Source: a virus (taxonomy: Duplodnaviria > Caudoviricetes). From it: a stretch of 59,973 bases of DNA. Below are positions 1 through 8,141 of the stretch, piece by piece. Each line of letters starts with the position of its first letter. Position 1 is the first letter of the stretch. The DNA lies in the IMG/VR virus record IMGVR_UViG_3300033153_006809, positions 1-59,973 of that record, one strand, 5' to 3'. Under the pieces are notes generated by a model that was not told the DNA's origin, ran no database searches, and saw nothing but the letters and a program-made list of their open reading frames with translations. A program made the position numbers and the translations under genes.

Positions 1-392
1 TCCTCACCATTACTATATAGTGACACCCATTTTTCGTATTCATCTCCGGTTAAAAGTTTTACAATTTCATCTAATAACCATTGTTTGTGATGTCCACCAT
101 CAATGCCACCATATTCTATAATTAAATCCAATACTTTCTGTTTTCTACTTTCTTCTTCTTCTACTCCCACACTATTAGGATAATACAAACCTATCCATTT
201 CGTATGTTCTGTTGGTAGTTGTTTATTAACTATTATTGGTGCAACGAAATAGTCAGGGTAGTCATAACATTCTTTTACTGCCGCCTCTTCTGTATCAAAA
301 ATACCTGCAAAACTCCATGCACAAACCTCTCCTTCTTCACCTGAATCATACTTACCTACTAACCATAATTTAGTTTTACTTTTCATTATCAT
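1..392 (-). CDS. Hypothetical phage protein, runs off window start
   Basis: Manual translation MIMKSKTKLWLVGKYDSG...IDGGHHKQWLLDEIV stays open to the edge; GAGGGG SD upstream; not in ORF track. Confidence 0.7.
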   Translation of the reverse strand, partial: MIMKSKTKLWLVGKYDSGEEGEVCAWSFAGIFDTEEAAVKECYDYPDYFVAPIIVNKQLPTEHTKWIGLYYPNSVGVEEEESRKQKVLDLIIEYGGIDGGHHKQWLLDEIVKLLTGDEYEKWVSLYSNGE

Positions 393-404
393 TTTCTACC
401 CCCT

Positions 405-587
405 CTACTCTTTATTTTTAGTGTTATAATACAATTCTATTTGTATCATGATTAGTAGTGAACATATTAACAATCCAAATAAACTTATAAAACATATCGT
501 TATTACACCATACTCTATAGTGACCCAAATACCAAATAGAATCAGTGTTATAAATTTTAGTGTTGTACTCATACTTATACTCTTCAT
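405..587 (-). CDS. Small two-TM membrane protein
   Basis: Hydrophobic 60 aa ORF; AAGGAG SD; ATGA overlap with upstream stop. Confidence 0.6.
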   Translation of the reverse strand: MKSISMSTTLKFITLILFGIWVTIEYGVITICFISLFGLLICSLLIMIQIELYYNTKNKE

Positions 588-815
588 ACTTGAAACTCCT
601 TTAGTGTTATAAATTCATTACTATATTGAACACCATATTTTAAAAAGTCAGTTGCGTCTTTTAGTGAATTGAAAACTGATAAACCTGATTTAGACAGGGT
701 TGAATGTAAATAACCATCATCAATTGAAATTACATATCCGTTAATCTTCTTTGATGTATAAGTATTTTGAAGAGTTTGGTTTATATTTCATTGGATTGAT
801 TAAGTATGGTTTCAT
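584..815 (-). pseudogene. Frameshifted small ORF ending in EFITLKEFQV
   Basis: ATG at 815 reads to GAT-TAA (stop 741-743); the +1 frame continues KKINGYVISIDD...NEFITLKEFQV to TGA at 584-586. Confidence 0.5.
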
Positions 816-830
816 CTTAGTAGGTTTCAA

Positions 831-1187
831 TCATAACTTTCTTCTTATATACAACTTTCTAATAGATTTTAAGAAGTCTATTTCTTCTACTACTAATTCA
901 GCACATTCTCTACATTGGATGTTTCGGGATTTATAAGGATGTATTAGTTTGTGATGTTCACTCCATTCTTCATATGGAGTACCTTTACATTTATATTTAT
1001 TAGTATACCTATATACCGGACAATCAGTACAGTACAGTTTGTTAGTATAGAATTCATGAAATTGTTTACATAGTCCACAATCTAGTATACCTTTGTCTAT
1101 AACTGAATGATTTCGTTGGATTTTCTCCCACTTCTTTATAGACTTGTTTAGAGCCATTATGGTTCTTATTTGTTTTATTATAATCAT
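831..1187 (-). CDS. Cys-rich hypothetical protein
   Basis: CGLC, CTDCP and CREC motifs; ATGA overlap with neighbour. Confidence 0.7.
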   Translation of the reverse strand: MIIIKQIRTIMALNKSIKKWEKIQRNHSVIDKGILDCGLCKQFHEFYTNKLYCTDCPVYRYTNKYKCKGTPYEEWSEHHKLIHPYKSRNIQCRECAELVVEEIDFLKSIRKLYIRRKL

Positions 1188-1414
1188 ATTGTCATTTCCT
1201 CTATGGTTATGAATTCAATACTATGTTCTTTGATGAATCTTCTGGCCGAGAGTTTACATCGTTCAACAGTTCCCATTTCATAGTTGTCCAAATAGTTCTT
1301 TGAATCTTTTAGACCCCAACCTGTTTGAGATCTGAATTCCTTGATTGCACGAATTCTTTGACCTTTTCTTATAAAAAAAGATATTATATTTGGATTGGTT
1401 AAGTGTGGATTCAT
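1184..1414 (-). CDS. Ribosomal protein L7/L12 C-terminal-domain-like protein
   Basis: IRAIKEFRSQTGWGLKDSKNYLD resembles the bL12 CTD pattern IKxxRxxTGLGLKEAKxxV. Confidence 0.65.
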   Translation of the reverse strand: MNPHLTNPNIISFFIRKGQRIRAIKEFRSQTGWGLKDSKNYLDNYEMGTVERCKLSARRFIKEHSIEFITIEEMTI

Positions 1415-1707
1415 ATTTTTATACTCTTTTCTTTCATGTTATCTACATATAATTTGAATTCATCCATTCTATCAGTTACCCAAAGACCATAATCTAATAA
1501 CTCAGAAGAAGTGAAAATTGAGTACGTAATCCATACAGGTTTATCAGTCATAATAGCGACTGGTTTAGTAAACGTTGTTAGTCCTATTGTGAAATGACCT
1601 GGAACCTTTACTACTTCAAAATCATCTGGGGTATTGATTATCTGATATGATAACAATACAAACATTATCCAACATAAAAACCATCCACTACACATCATAA
1701 ATTTCAT
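1411..1707 (-). CDS. Hypothetical protein with N-terminal TM segment
   Basis: ORF in ATGA-coupled series. Confidence 0.6.
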   Translation of the reverse strand: MKFMMCSGWFLCWIMFVLLSYQIINTPDDFEVVKVPGHFTIGLTTFTKPVAIMTDKPVWITYSIFTSSELLDYGLWVTDRMDEFKLYVDNMKEKSIKI

Positions 1708-1982
1708 ATTTGAAATTCCTCTATTGTTATGAAATCTTTTGATTCAAACCAATCTTTACTAAAATACCATGTTTTATATTTGGTTGCACGATATCTATAA
1801 TCATATCCTATTATATCATTATTACATTCTATAAAATCACTATCTTTATATTCTTTATCGAATAGACAAATCATTTCTTCATTAATATGTAACCCTTTAT
1901 AGTCTATTAAATCAATACCACATCCTGGATTATGACTATGTTTAAATTCTCTCTTTATTTGTTCTATAGATTTTAGTTTCAT
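1704..1982 (-). CDS. Hypothetical protein ending DFITIEEFQI
   Basis: First ORF after an early-type promoter; AGGT SD. Confidence 0.65.
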   Translation of the reverse strand: MKLKSIEQIKREFKHSHNPGCGIDLIDYKGLHINEEMICLFDKEYKDSDFIECNNDIIGYDYRYRATKYKTWYFSKDWFESKDFITIEEFQI

Positions 1983-1990
1983 TATTACCT

Positions 1991-2019
1991 ATAATAACAT
2001 ATATCAATGAGATTGTAAA
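1991..2019 (-). promoter_or_regulatory. T4-type early/sigma70 promoter
   Basis: TTTACA-N17-TATTAT with extended -10 TGn. Confidence 0.75.
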
Positions 2020-2084
2020 TTAGTTATAAAAATTTTATTGGGGGAGGTTGGGGGGAGAGATTATCTAGAAATTTATAAAGTGTG

Positions 2085-2240
2085 TTATTTAAAGACTTTT
2101 GGTTTTCTTACAGAATGTAGTCCTATTAAGGGTATACCTAAAAGGACTATTATTGAAGGATCTGGGACGTGTGGAGTTGTAGTGGTTGTTTCGTTTTTAG
2201 AAATATCTGTTTTGTGAAAAATTTTATCATACCCTAACAT
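2085..2240 (-). CDS. 51-aa mini PEP-CTERM-like peptide (not in ORF track)
   Basis: MLGYDKIFHKTDISKNETTTTTPHVPDPSIIVLLGIPLIGLHSVRKPKVFK: VPDPS, hydrophobic stretch, basic tail. Confidence 0.5.
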   Translation of the reverse strand: MLGYDKIFHKTDISKNETTTTTPHVPDPSIIVLLGIPLIGLHSVRKPKVFK

Positions 2241-2279
2241 ACCTTTAAATTGAAAGTAGAAGAAATTGACACTCAGTTT

Positions 2280-2480
2280 TTAGTTTCTCCTTATAAACAA
2301 ACTTATTAAACCAACACTTAATAGTATTATAGATGTACTTGGAAGTATTGGATTGGTGGCAGTACTATTGATATTATTTTCAATTATATGACTACCAATT
2401 ATATGACTAGTGGTGGCCATAGTGTTCTCAATAAACGAAAATAAGAACAAGAATATTAAACATAAATATATCTTTTTCAT
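2280..2480 (-). CDS. Mini secreted protein with PEP-CTERM/VPLPA-CTERM-like tail
   Basis: Signal peptide MKKIYLCLIFLFLFSF; C-terminus NPILPSTSIILLSVGLISLFIRRN; AAAGGA SD. Confidence 0.65.
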   Translation of the reverse strand: MKKIYLCLIFLFLFSFIENTMATTSHIIGSHIIENNINSTATNPILPSTSIILLSVGLISLFIRRN

Positions 2481-2563
2481 AACATGTTATCCTTTTGGTT
2501 TTTAGTATTATGTAAAAAAGGTGCTAAAAAACTAAATTAAAACTAAATTATTACCTAAATTAC

Positions 2564-2592
2564 ATAGTATCAGATTTTAAACTATTTGTAAA
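2564..2592 (-). promoter_or_regulatory. T4-type early/sigma70 promoter
   Basis: TTTACA-N17-TACTAT with TGn extension. Confidence 0.7.
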
Positions 2593-2676
2593 TTAATTTT
2601 GTTTGTGGGTATATAGATGATTCTAGGGTGGGACTCAATATAATTTTCTATATATTTACTATAATATATTCAAAAA

Positions 2677-3039
2677 CTATACCAAGTTGTGTTGTTTTTC
2701 AAAAATTTCTAATATAACTATTGACTCTGTTATAAAATACCATTCACCTTTATTAGATCTTAAATTCATAACCTTTGTAATGATAACTTCTAGATTTTTA
2801 ATTATATCATCGTTTTCTTCCATACTATCAATCGTTTTCACTATTTGATTTATTTTGGTATTTAACTTAAATAGTCTTTTTTTAAGTTCTATACTCACCA
2901 AAACATAACATAACATTATTATACTACATATAAGAATATATACACTACTAAGAAGTATTGATAAAATGAAAGATATTAGAGTAATTAAAGACATTAAAAT
3001 AGGACTTAAACGAGCATTTGGTTCTATATATGTTATCAT
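2677..3039 (-). CDS. Membrane protein
   Basis: Two N-terminal hydrophobic segments; ATGA overlap. Confidence 0.6.
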   Translation of the reverse strand: MITYIEPNARLSPILMSLITLISFILSILLSSVYILICSIIMLCYVLVSIELKKRLFKLNTKINQIVKTIDSMEENDDIIKNLEVIITKVMNLRSNKGEWYFITESIVILEIFEKQHNLV

Positions 3040-4985
3040 TTTTGAGATCCTTTCCAGATTAGAGTGTTAATAAAACAGAAACCTGTATCATCACTACCAG
3101 ATGATTGGTTTTTCACTATAATTTCTTCTTCATATTCATCTTCTATATATTCTTCCATAACAACAATAGTCACGGTTTTTTCATCACTATCATTATCACT
3201 ATCAAAGACAGTAAGAGTAATTGGATATACACCTACTTCTTTAAAAACAACATTTTCTACTTCACACTTATCAGATTCTTCAATTACATTACTAAAATCC
3301 CATTGATATATATAAGGTAGATTTCCATCAAATACAAAACAAGAAAAGTTAAGAGAATCACCAACTGTAATCATCTGATTTGAATCAGGTGTTATTATTA
3401 TATCCACTACTGGTTGGAAGTCATTACAATCAAATACTCCGTCTTTATCAGTGTCTATATCTTCAACACCACAACCACAAATTCCAGGTACTATTTTCTG
3501 AGGATCAAGTGGACAGGCATCAAATACACTAACTGTTATATTCAAATCGTATGTATTACTATTATCCTGACCATCATTTACATATACAGGAACAATGATA
3601 ACACCAATAAATGAAATATCAGGTGTTACTATATTTCCATCAAGTTCATAATTATCACCACCTTGAACATGAAGTGTAAAGTCTTTTGGATATTCATTAT
3701 CACGATCACTTACTATCAAACTATCAAAAGTGATTATTATTGGTATACCACTTTCTGTACCTAATGATATTTGACTAGAAATTACAGAAAGATAATTATC
3801 GGGTTCTATCTCAATATCCACAGTCGCTATATTTGAATGAACAACACCATTATTAGTTTGAAATGTAAAACTATCATTTCCAAAGAAACCTGGAGTTGGG
3901 ACATATGAGATATAAGGAAGATTGCCTAATATTGTTCCATTAGTAGGTTCTATAATAATGGTAAATGTCAGATCATCATATTCAACATTTGGATCATCCG
4001 CTGATAAGGTAATATCAACAGAAATATCTTCAACTGTTATTATACTCATATCATATGAAACAGGTGGTTCTTGGTTTCCAAGTATCAAATTCCAATCATC
4101 AACATCACATTGATTATAAAAACAATAACCATCAGACACAACAGAACCATCAGATCTTAGACCAACTGTATGATAATAAAAAGACGATAATTGTATAATA
4201 TCAGACCAATGACCAATATCCCATTCATCACCATATGCGTTTATACCTACAGTCACTACCGTTCCATCTGATTTAAGACCTACCGTATAAGTAGATCCAG
4301 CCGATACTTGTATAATATCAGTCCAATCTTCTACATCACATTTTCCATATACATCACTACCTACAGCCACAACGGTTCCATCAGATTTAAGACCAACAGT
4401 ATGTTCTTTTCCATTTTCAGCTTGTACTATATCAGTCCAACCTTCAACTTCACCTTGTCCATGATCAGTATATTTACTATTCCAAATAGCAGCCACAACG
4501 GTTCCGTCCGATTTAAGACCTAATATTGTATTTACACCAGAAGATATTTCTACTATATTAGTCCACACATTTGTATCATAAAAATTTGTAACTATAACAG
4601 TTCCATCGGATCTAAGACCCGCTGTATACCAAGAACCTGCCGCGATCTGGACTATATCAGTCCATGTATCAAGATGAAAACACCTATATTTATCACAATT
4701 TCCATCAAACACAACTGTTCCATCTGATTTAAGACCCACAATATGAGAATCACCAGCAGATACTTGTATTATATCAGTCCACGTATCAACAATATACTCA
4801 TTACCAGTTATCCGTTCTCCTTCTTCATCCCAAATACTGTATGTACTGTTAGCAATAACAGTTCCATCAGATTTAAGACCAACTGACATTCTAAAACCCG
4901 CGGATACCTGTGGTTCAATGGCGAACACTGGTTGACTAATTAGAAATAATACTAATACAAATTGTAACACTCTTTTGACAAACAT
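3036..4985 (-). CDS. Secreted RCC1/BLIP-II beta-propeller + Ig-like + PKD protein with CFI-type C-terminal tail
   Basis: Likely start MFVKRVL at 4985 (GAAAGGA SD); signal peptide; 7 repeats of the GL[KR]SDG[TS]V type; cadherin-like GNDSFTF; Cys/Asp segment DACPLDP..CGCG..DTDKDG; PKD YQWDF; tail SSGSDDTGFCFINTL. Confidence 0.85.
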   Translation of the reverse strand: MFVKRVLQFVLVLFLISQPVFAIEPQVSAGFRMSVGLKSDGTVIANSTYSIWDEEGERITGNEYIVDTWTDIIQVSAGDSHIVGLKSDGTVVFDGNCDKYRCFHLDTWTDIVQIAAGSWYTAGLRSDGTVIVTNFYDTNVWTNIVEISSGVNTILGLKSDGTVVAAIWNSKYTDHGQGEVEGWTDIVQAENGKEHTVGLKSDGTVVAVGSDVYGKCDVEDWTDIIQVSAGSTYTVGLKSDGTVVTVGINAYGDEWDIGHWSDIIQLSSFYYHTVGLRSDGSVVSDGYCFYNQCDVDDWNLILGNQEPPVSYDMSIITVEDISVDITLSADDPNVEYDDLTFTIIIEPTNGTILGNLPYISYVPTPGFFGNDSFTFQTNNGVVHSNIATVDIEIEPDNYLSVISSQISLGTESGIPIIITFDSLIVSDRDNEYPKDFTLHVQGGDNYELDGNIVTPDISFIGVIIVPVYVNDGQDNSNTYDLNITVSVFDACPLDPQKIVPGICGCGVEDIDTDKDGVFDCNDFQPVVDIIITPDSNQMITVGDSLNFSCFVFDGNLPYIYQWDFSNVIEESDKCEVENVVFKEVGVYPITLTVFDSDNDSDEKTVTIVVMEEYIEDEYEEEIIVKNQSSGSDDTGFCFINTLIWKGSQK

Positions 4986-5116
4986 TTTAATGTTCCTTTC
5001 TTTTGATTTTATTCCACATATAAAAAACACCACTTAAAATCACATCTGTTATGTCTATTATAATATTAAATATTACATTCATATAAGTATATAAGTAATA
5101 TAAAAATTCTTTTTTA

Positions 5117-5269
5117 TCATTCATTATTTTTCTCTTTTTGTATTACACCTATGGCCTCTTTAACTCTTCTATTTAAACTAGCTGGTTTGATTTTACCAGA
5201 CTCTACTATACTACGAGATATTCTCCAACTATTCCTTGATAGTACTCTTCTTGCTGTTTTTAGTTTCAT
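5117..5269 (-). CDS. 50-aa basic hypothetical peptide (not in ORF track)
   Basis: MKLKTARRVLSRNSWRIS...; GAGGA SD. Confidence 0.5.
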   Translation of the reverse strand: MKLKTARRVLSRNSWRISRSIVESGKIKPASLNRRVKEAIGVIQKEKNNE

Positions 5270-5534
5270 TATTCCTCTTCTCCTTTATCAATTCTAAATG
5301 TGATTTGTCCATCATGTTTTTATTTATAAATGGGTTATATTCACTGGTTTCATCAATATTTATTTGTGTACCTTTAAATGCTTGTACATCATACCATCTA
5401 TTAAAATGTACGTTTATTTCTGATTTGTAGTCATGTTTTATGGAATCCGCAATTCTCACTATTTCGGTACTTATAAATAACAGTATAAGCGTAATAATAG
5501 TAAGTAAAATAGAAGTGTATTTGTTATTCATCAT
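5229..5534 (-). CDS. Hypothetical protein with N-terminal TM
   Basis: AAGGAG SD. Confidence 0.6.
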   Translation of the reverse strand: MMNNKYTSILLTIITLILLFISTEIVRIADSIKHDYKSEINVHFNRWYDVQAFKGTQINIDETSEYNPFINKNMMDKSHLELIKEKRNNETKNSKKSTIKE

Positions 5535-5772
5535 TCAACTCCTTTTTAACACCATAATCTGGTGGTTCACCAGTTAACACAGATTTTATGTATTCAATAG
5601 ATGTCTTACTTGACATCATATTATATATTACATACTTTTTATCAAATGAGATATCACTCATATTAAATGAACTAATTATGATATCGAGCCTTTCCTGTTC
5701 ATTGTCTATTATTGATAAAGCAAGATTAATTCTTTCTTCCAATTCTTTTATAAGATCAATAGTATTATCCAT
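5524..5772 (-). CDS. Hypothetical protein
   Basis: ORF track, co-directional series. Confidence 0.55.
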   Translation of the reverse strand: MDNTIDLIKELEERINLALSIIDNEQERLDIIISSFNMSDISFDKKYVIYNMMSSKTSIEYIKSVLTGEPPDYGVKKELNDE

Positions 5773-5781
5773 ATAATAAAA

Positions 5782-6018
5782 TCAAGCATCCTTTTTCTCC
5801 TCTCCATTTGTAAATCCTATTTTTGTTTTAACATCTACTTTTGGTTTTATTTCAAAATATGACAAATTATAACGACTTCTTGATTTATCATCCCACACAG
5901 CAACATCATATGAAATGCTGTTATTTTCTCCTATATATACACCTGTTACAAATCCCACACTATCCAAATGAATTATTTCAACTTCCGTTCCAATTGGTAT
6001 TACTTCAATTTGTTCCAT
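5782..6018 (-). CDS. Small SH3/KOW-like beta protein
   Basis: IGTEV..G.VTGV..YDV pattern; AAAGGA SD. Confidence 0.55.
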   Translation of the reverse strand: MEQIEVIPIGTEVEIIHLDSVGFVTGVYIGENNSISYDVAVWDDKSRSRYNLSYFEIKPKVDVKTKIGFTNGEEKKDA

Positions 6019-6181
6019 ATTTATCCTTTGTAATGTTTAATCATTGATCCATTTGTATGATTTACGAATCCCATGTGCCATAATCTAATTCTTTCACATA
6101 TATTTTTTGGTCTGATAAAACAAACCTTACTCACACCATTTACTGTAATAGTATCTATTCTACATACTCTTCTTATGTTCA

Positions 6182-6376
6182 TTATTTACACTCTATTTTT
6201 TTCCATGTATGTCCAGATACGTCTGAAATATGAATTTGTTCATATCCATTTTCGATATATTCTTTCTGTATTTTATAATTAGTAATACAAAAAGTAATCA
6301 CACATATTATTACTGCTGAAAGTACCACTGACCATAAACAAAACCAAAATTTACCTTCTCTATCCATTTTATCCAT
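6182..6376 (-). CDS. Small membrane protein
   Basis: Single TM; TAATG overlap. Confidence 0.6.
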   Translation of the reverse strand: MDKMDREGKFWFCLWSVVLSAVIICVITFCITNYKIQKEYIENGYEQIHISDVSGHTWKKIECK

Positions 6377-6807
6377 TATTTCTCTTCTCCTTTTGTTGGT
6401 ATTTCTATATCTACATTTTCATTTATCCATTGTTCTAATTTTGTATTCAAGAATTTAGCCGCATTACCAGGTATTTCTTGTACATCTTCATTAGCCACTA
6501 TCTTAGGTATCGTATATATAGCTACGGCCTCTTTAGTTGTTGGTGTTAAAATATTCAGAACAAGAAATACAATAAATAAAACAAGTGGTATTTTCCAATA
6601 CTTCTTATCACATATTGATTTCCAATACTCAGCTTTTTTTTCATATCTGCCTTTATTATCCGCCCAATTTGTAAATGGTATAAAAAACAATCCAAGTACA
6701 AAAAAGAAAGAACTGGCTGCTGATAAGAAAAAAACCGTTGAAATAGCATCAAGTTTAATAATCAAATAAATCATCCATCCAATACTCATAACCTCACCAC
6801 CCTTCAT
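6376..6807 (-). CDS. Phage membrane protein
   Basis: 2-3 TM segments followed by PTTKEAVAIYTIPKI. Confidence 0.7.
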   Translation of the reverse strand: MKGGEVMSIGWMIYLIIKLDAISTVFFLSAASSFFFVLGLFFIPFTNWADNKGRYEKKAEYWKSICDKKYWKIPLVLFIVFLVLNILTPTTKEAVAIYTIPKIVANEDVQEIPGNAAKFLNTKLEQWINENVDIEIPTKGEEK

Positions 6808-6841
6808 ATTATGTTTTAAAAGTCATATCACATTTTCTCTA

Positions 6842-6870
6842 ATAATAACATAAAAAATATATTTTGTAAA
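6842..6870 (-). promoter_or_regulatory. T4-type early promoter driving the leftward early genes
   Basis: TTTACA-N17-TATTAT with TGn. Confidence 0.75.
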
Positions 6871-6894
6871 TGATTTTTGTTTTATACTTTTGCA

Positions 6895-6902
6895 TATAAA
6901 TA
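6895..6902 (+). promoter_or_regulatory. T4-type late promoter
   Basis: Exact TATAAATA in intergenic DNA just upstream of the structural module; gp55 is encoded in the window. Confidence 0.7.
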
Positions 6903-6947
6903 TAAAAGAGAAGTGATTTACTATAAAAATAAGAGGAATTTAAAATT

Positions 6948-7136
6948 ATGACAAGAATGAAGAGACATATAAAAGATTCAGAAGATGGTGTCGGTGGCGA
7001 TTTTACCAATCGACCAGTTCGTACTGATATAATAGATATGATAAATAAAAATACAACTAAATCTGTGTCACCATCTGGACACCCTCATTTTGGAATTGAT
7101 GATGAAAAAGTATTAGAATATATCAAAAAAGGTTAA
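6948..7136 (+). CDS. Hypothetical late protein
   Basis: GAGGA SD after the late promoter. Confidence 0.6.
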   Translation: MTRMKRHIKDSEDGVGGDFTNRPVRTDIIDMINKNTTKSVSPSGHPHFGIDDEKVLEYIKKG

Positions 7137-7139
7137 AAA

Positions 7140-7523
7140 ATGACAATAACAAAACCAAATACAACATTCTATAAGAGTACTGGAAAACGATTAAGTAGTG
7201 TAAGCTCATTAAAGTTATATCCCATTTTTCTTGATGATGATAGAACAACTAAATTTCTTAATTTATTCAGATCATATCGTTTGAATGAAGACATAATATC
7301 TGATGTTGTGTTTTATGATTCATATGAAGTATCAAACGATGAATACTGGGATGATATAGCATTTAACATGTATGGTATTCCAAATTTATGGTGGATTGTG
7401 GCATTAATAAACAACACAGTAAACCCATTTGAAGAATTAGAGGCCGGTGATTCACTGAAAGTTTTAAAAGAGAACTATATATACACATTAATGAACGACT
7501 TAGAGAATTTATCTTCACTTTAA
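7140..7523 (+). CDS. Baseplate wedge protein, gp53-like (LysM-like)
   Basis: YEV...WDDIAFNMYGIPNLWWIVALINN..NPF...GDSLKV. Confidence 0.85.
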   Translation: MTITKPNTTFYKSTGKRLSSVSSLKLYPIFLDDDRTTKFLNLFRSYRLNEDIISDVVFYDSYEVSNDEYWDDIAFNMYGIPNLWWIVALINNTVNPFEELEAGDSLKVLKENYIYTLMNDLENLSSL

Positions 7524-7531
7524 GGAACAAT

Positions 7532-8140
7532 ATGAGACTAAAAGAATATATAACAGAATCTATAGATAATAATACAATAGATAAATTCATGAATAATGTA
7601 GAGAAAAATTGTAGACATTGGCTATCAGCTATAAAAAATTGTAAAAATAAAAAACTCTATAGAGGGTATAATGGCAGTGATATAGATAAGAAGAATGTAA
7701 GAACAGATAGAAAACCAACAGATATGTCTTCAAGTTCACATGTAATATTAGATGATATGTTCTATAAAAAATTTGGTTGGCAACCCAGAAGTGAAGGATT
7801 ATTTGCGACTACTCAAATTGGTGTAACATGGCAATATGGTCAACCGGGTCTATGTTTTCCAGCTGGTAACTTTAAATATATATGGAATCCTCATATTGTT
7901 GATTTATATAGTCATATATCAAATTATGGAATGATAGATAATGTCGATAATTACACAGATAAAAATTTACACAAATACATGAATAAATCCAATTGTGAAA
8001 TAATGATAAAGTGTAAGAGTTACTATATCATTAATGGATTATCTTTAATAACACATTTGAAAACAGTGGAATCAGAAAAATATTTAAGATTAACATTGGA
8101 AGAAGCTTTTGATATATGGATAAAGGAGAATCTTTTATAA
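7532..8140 (+). CDS. Putative internal head protein, possible ADP-ribosyltransferase fold
   Basis: N-terminus MRLKEYITE; LYRG...LFATT...CEIMI spacing. Confidence 0.5.
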   Translation: MRLKEYITESIDNNTIDKFMNNVEKNCRHWLSAIKNCKNKKLYRGYNGSDIDKKNVRTDRKPTDMSSSSHVILDDMFYKKFGWQPRSEGLFATTQIGVTWQYGQPGLCFPAGNFKYIWNPHIVDLYSHISNYGMIDNVDNYTDKNLHKYMNKSNCEIMIKCKSYYIINGLSLITHLKTVESEKYLRLTLEEAFDIWIKENLL

Positions 8141-8141
8141 A

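Noticed and set aside
4140-4885. About 20-nt repeat GTTCCATCAGATTTAAGACC recurring 7 times, CRISPR-like at first sight
   Set aside because: Spacing of about 100-145 nt, wobble-position variation and in-frame GLKSDGT coding show RCC1 protein repeats; no cas genes
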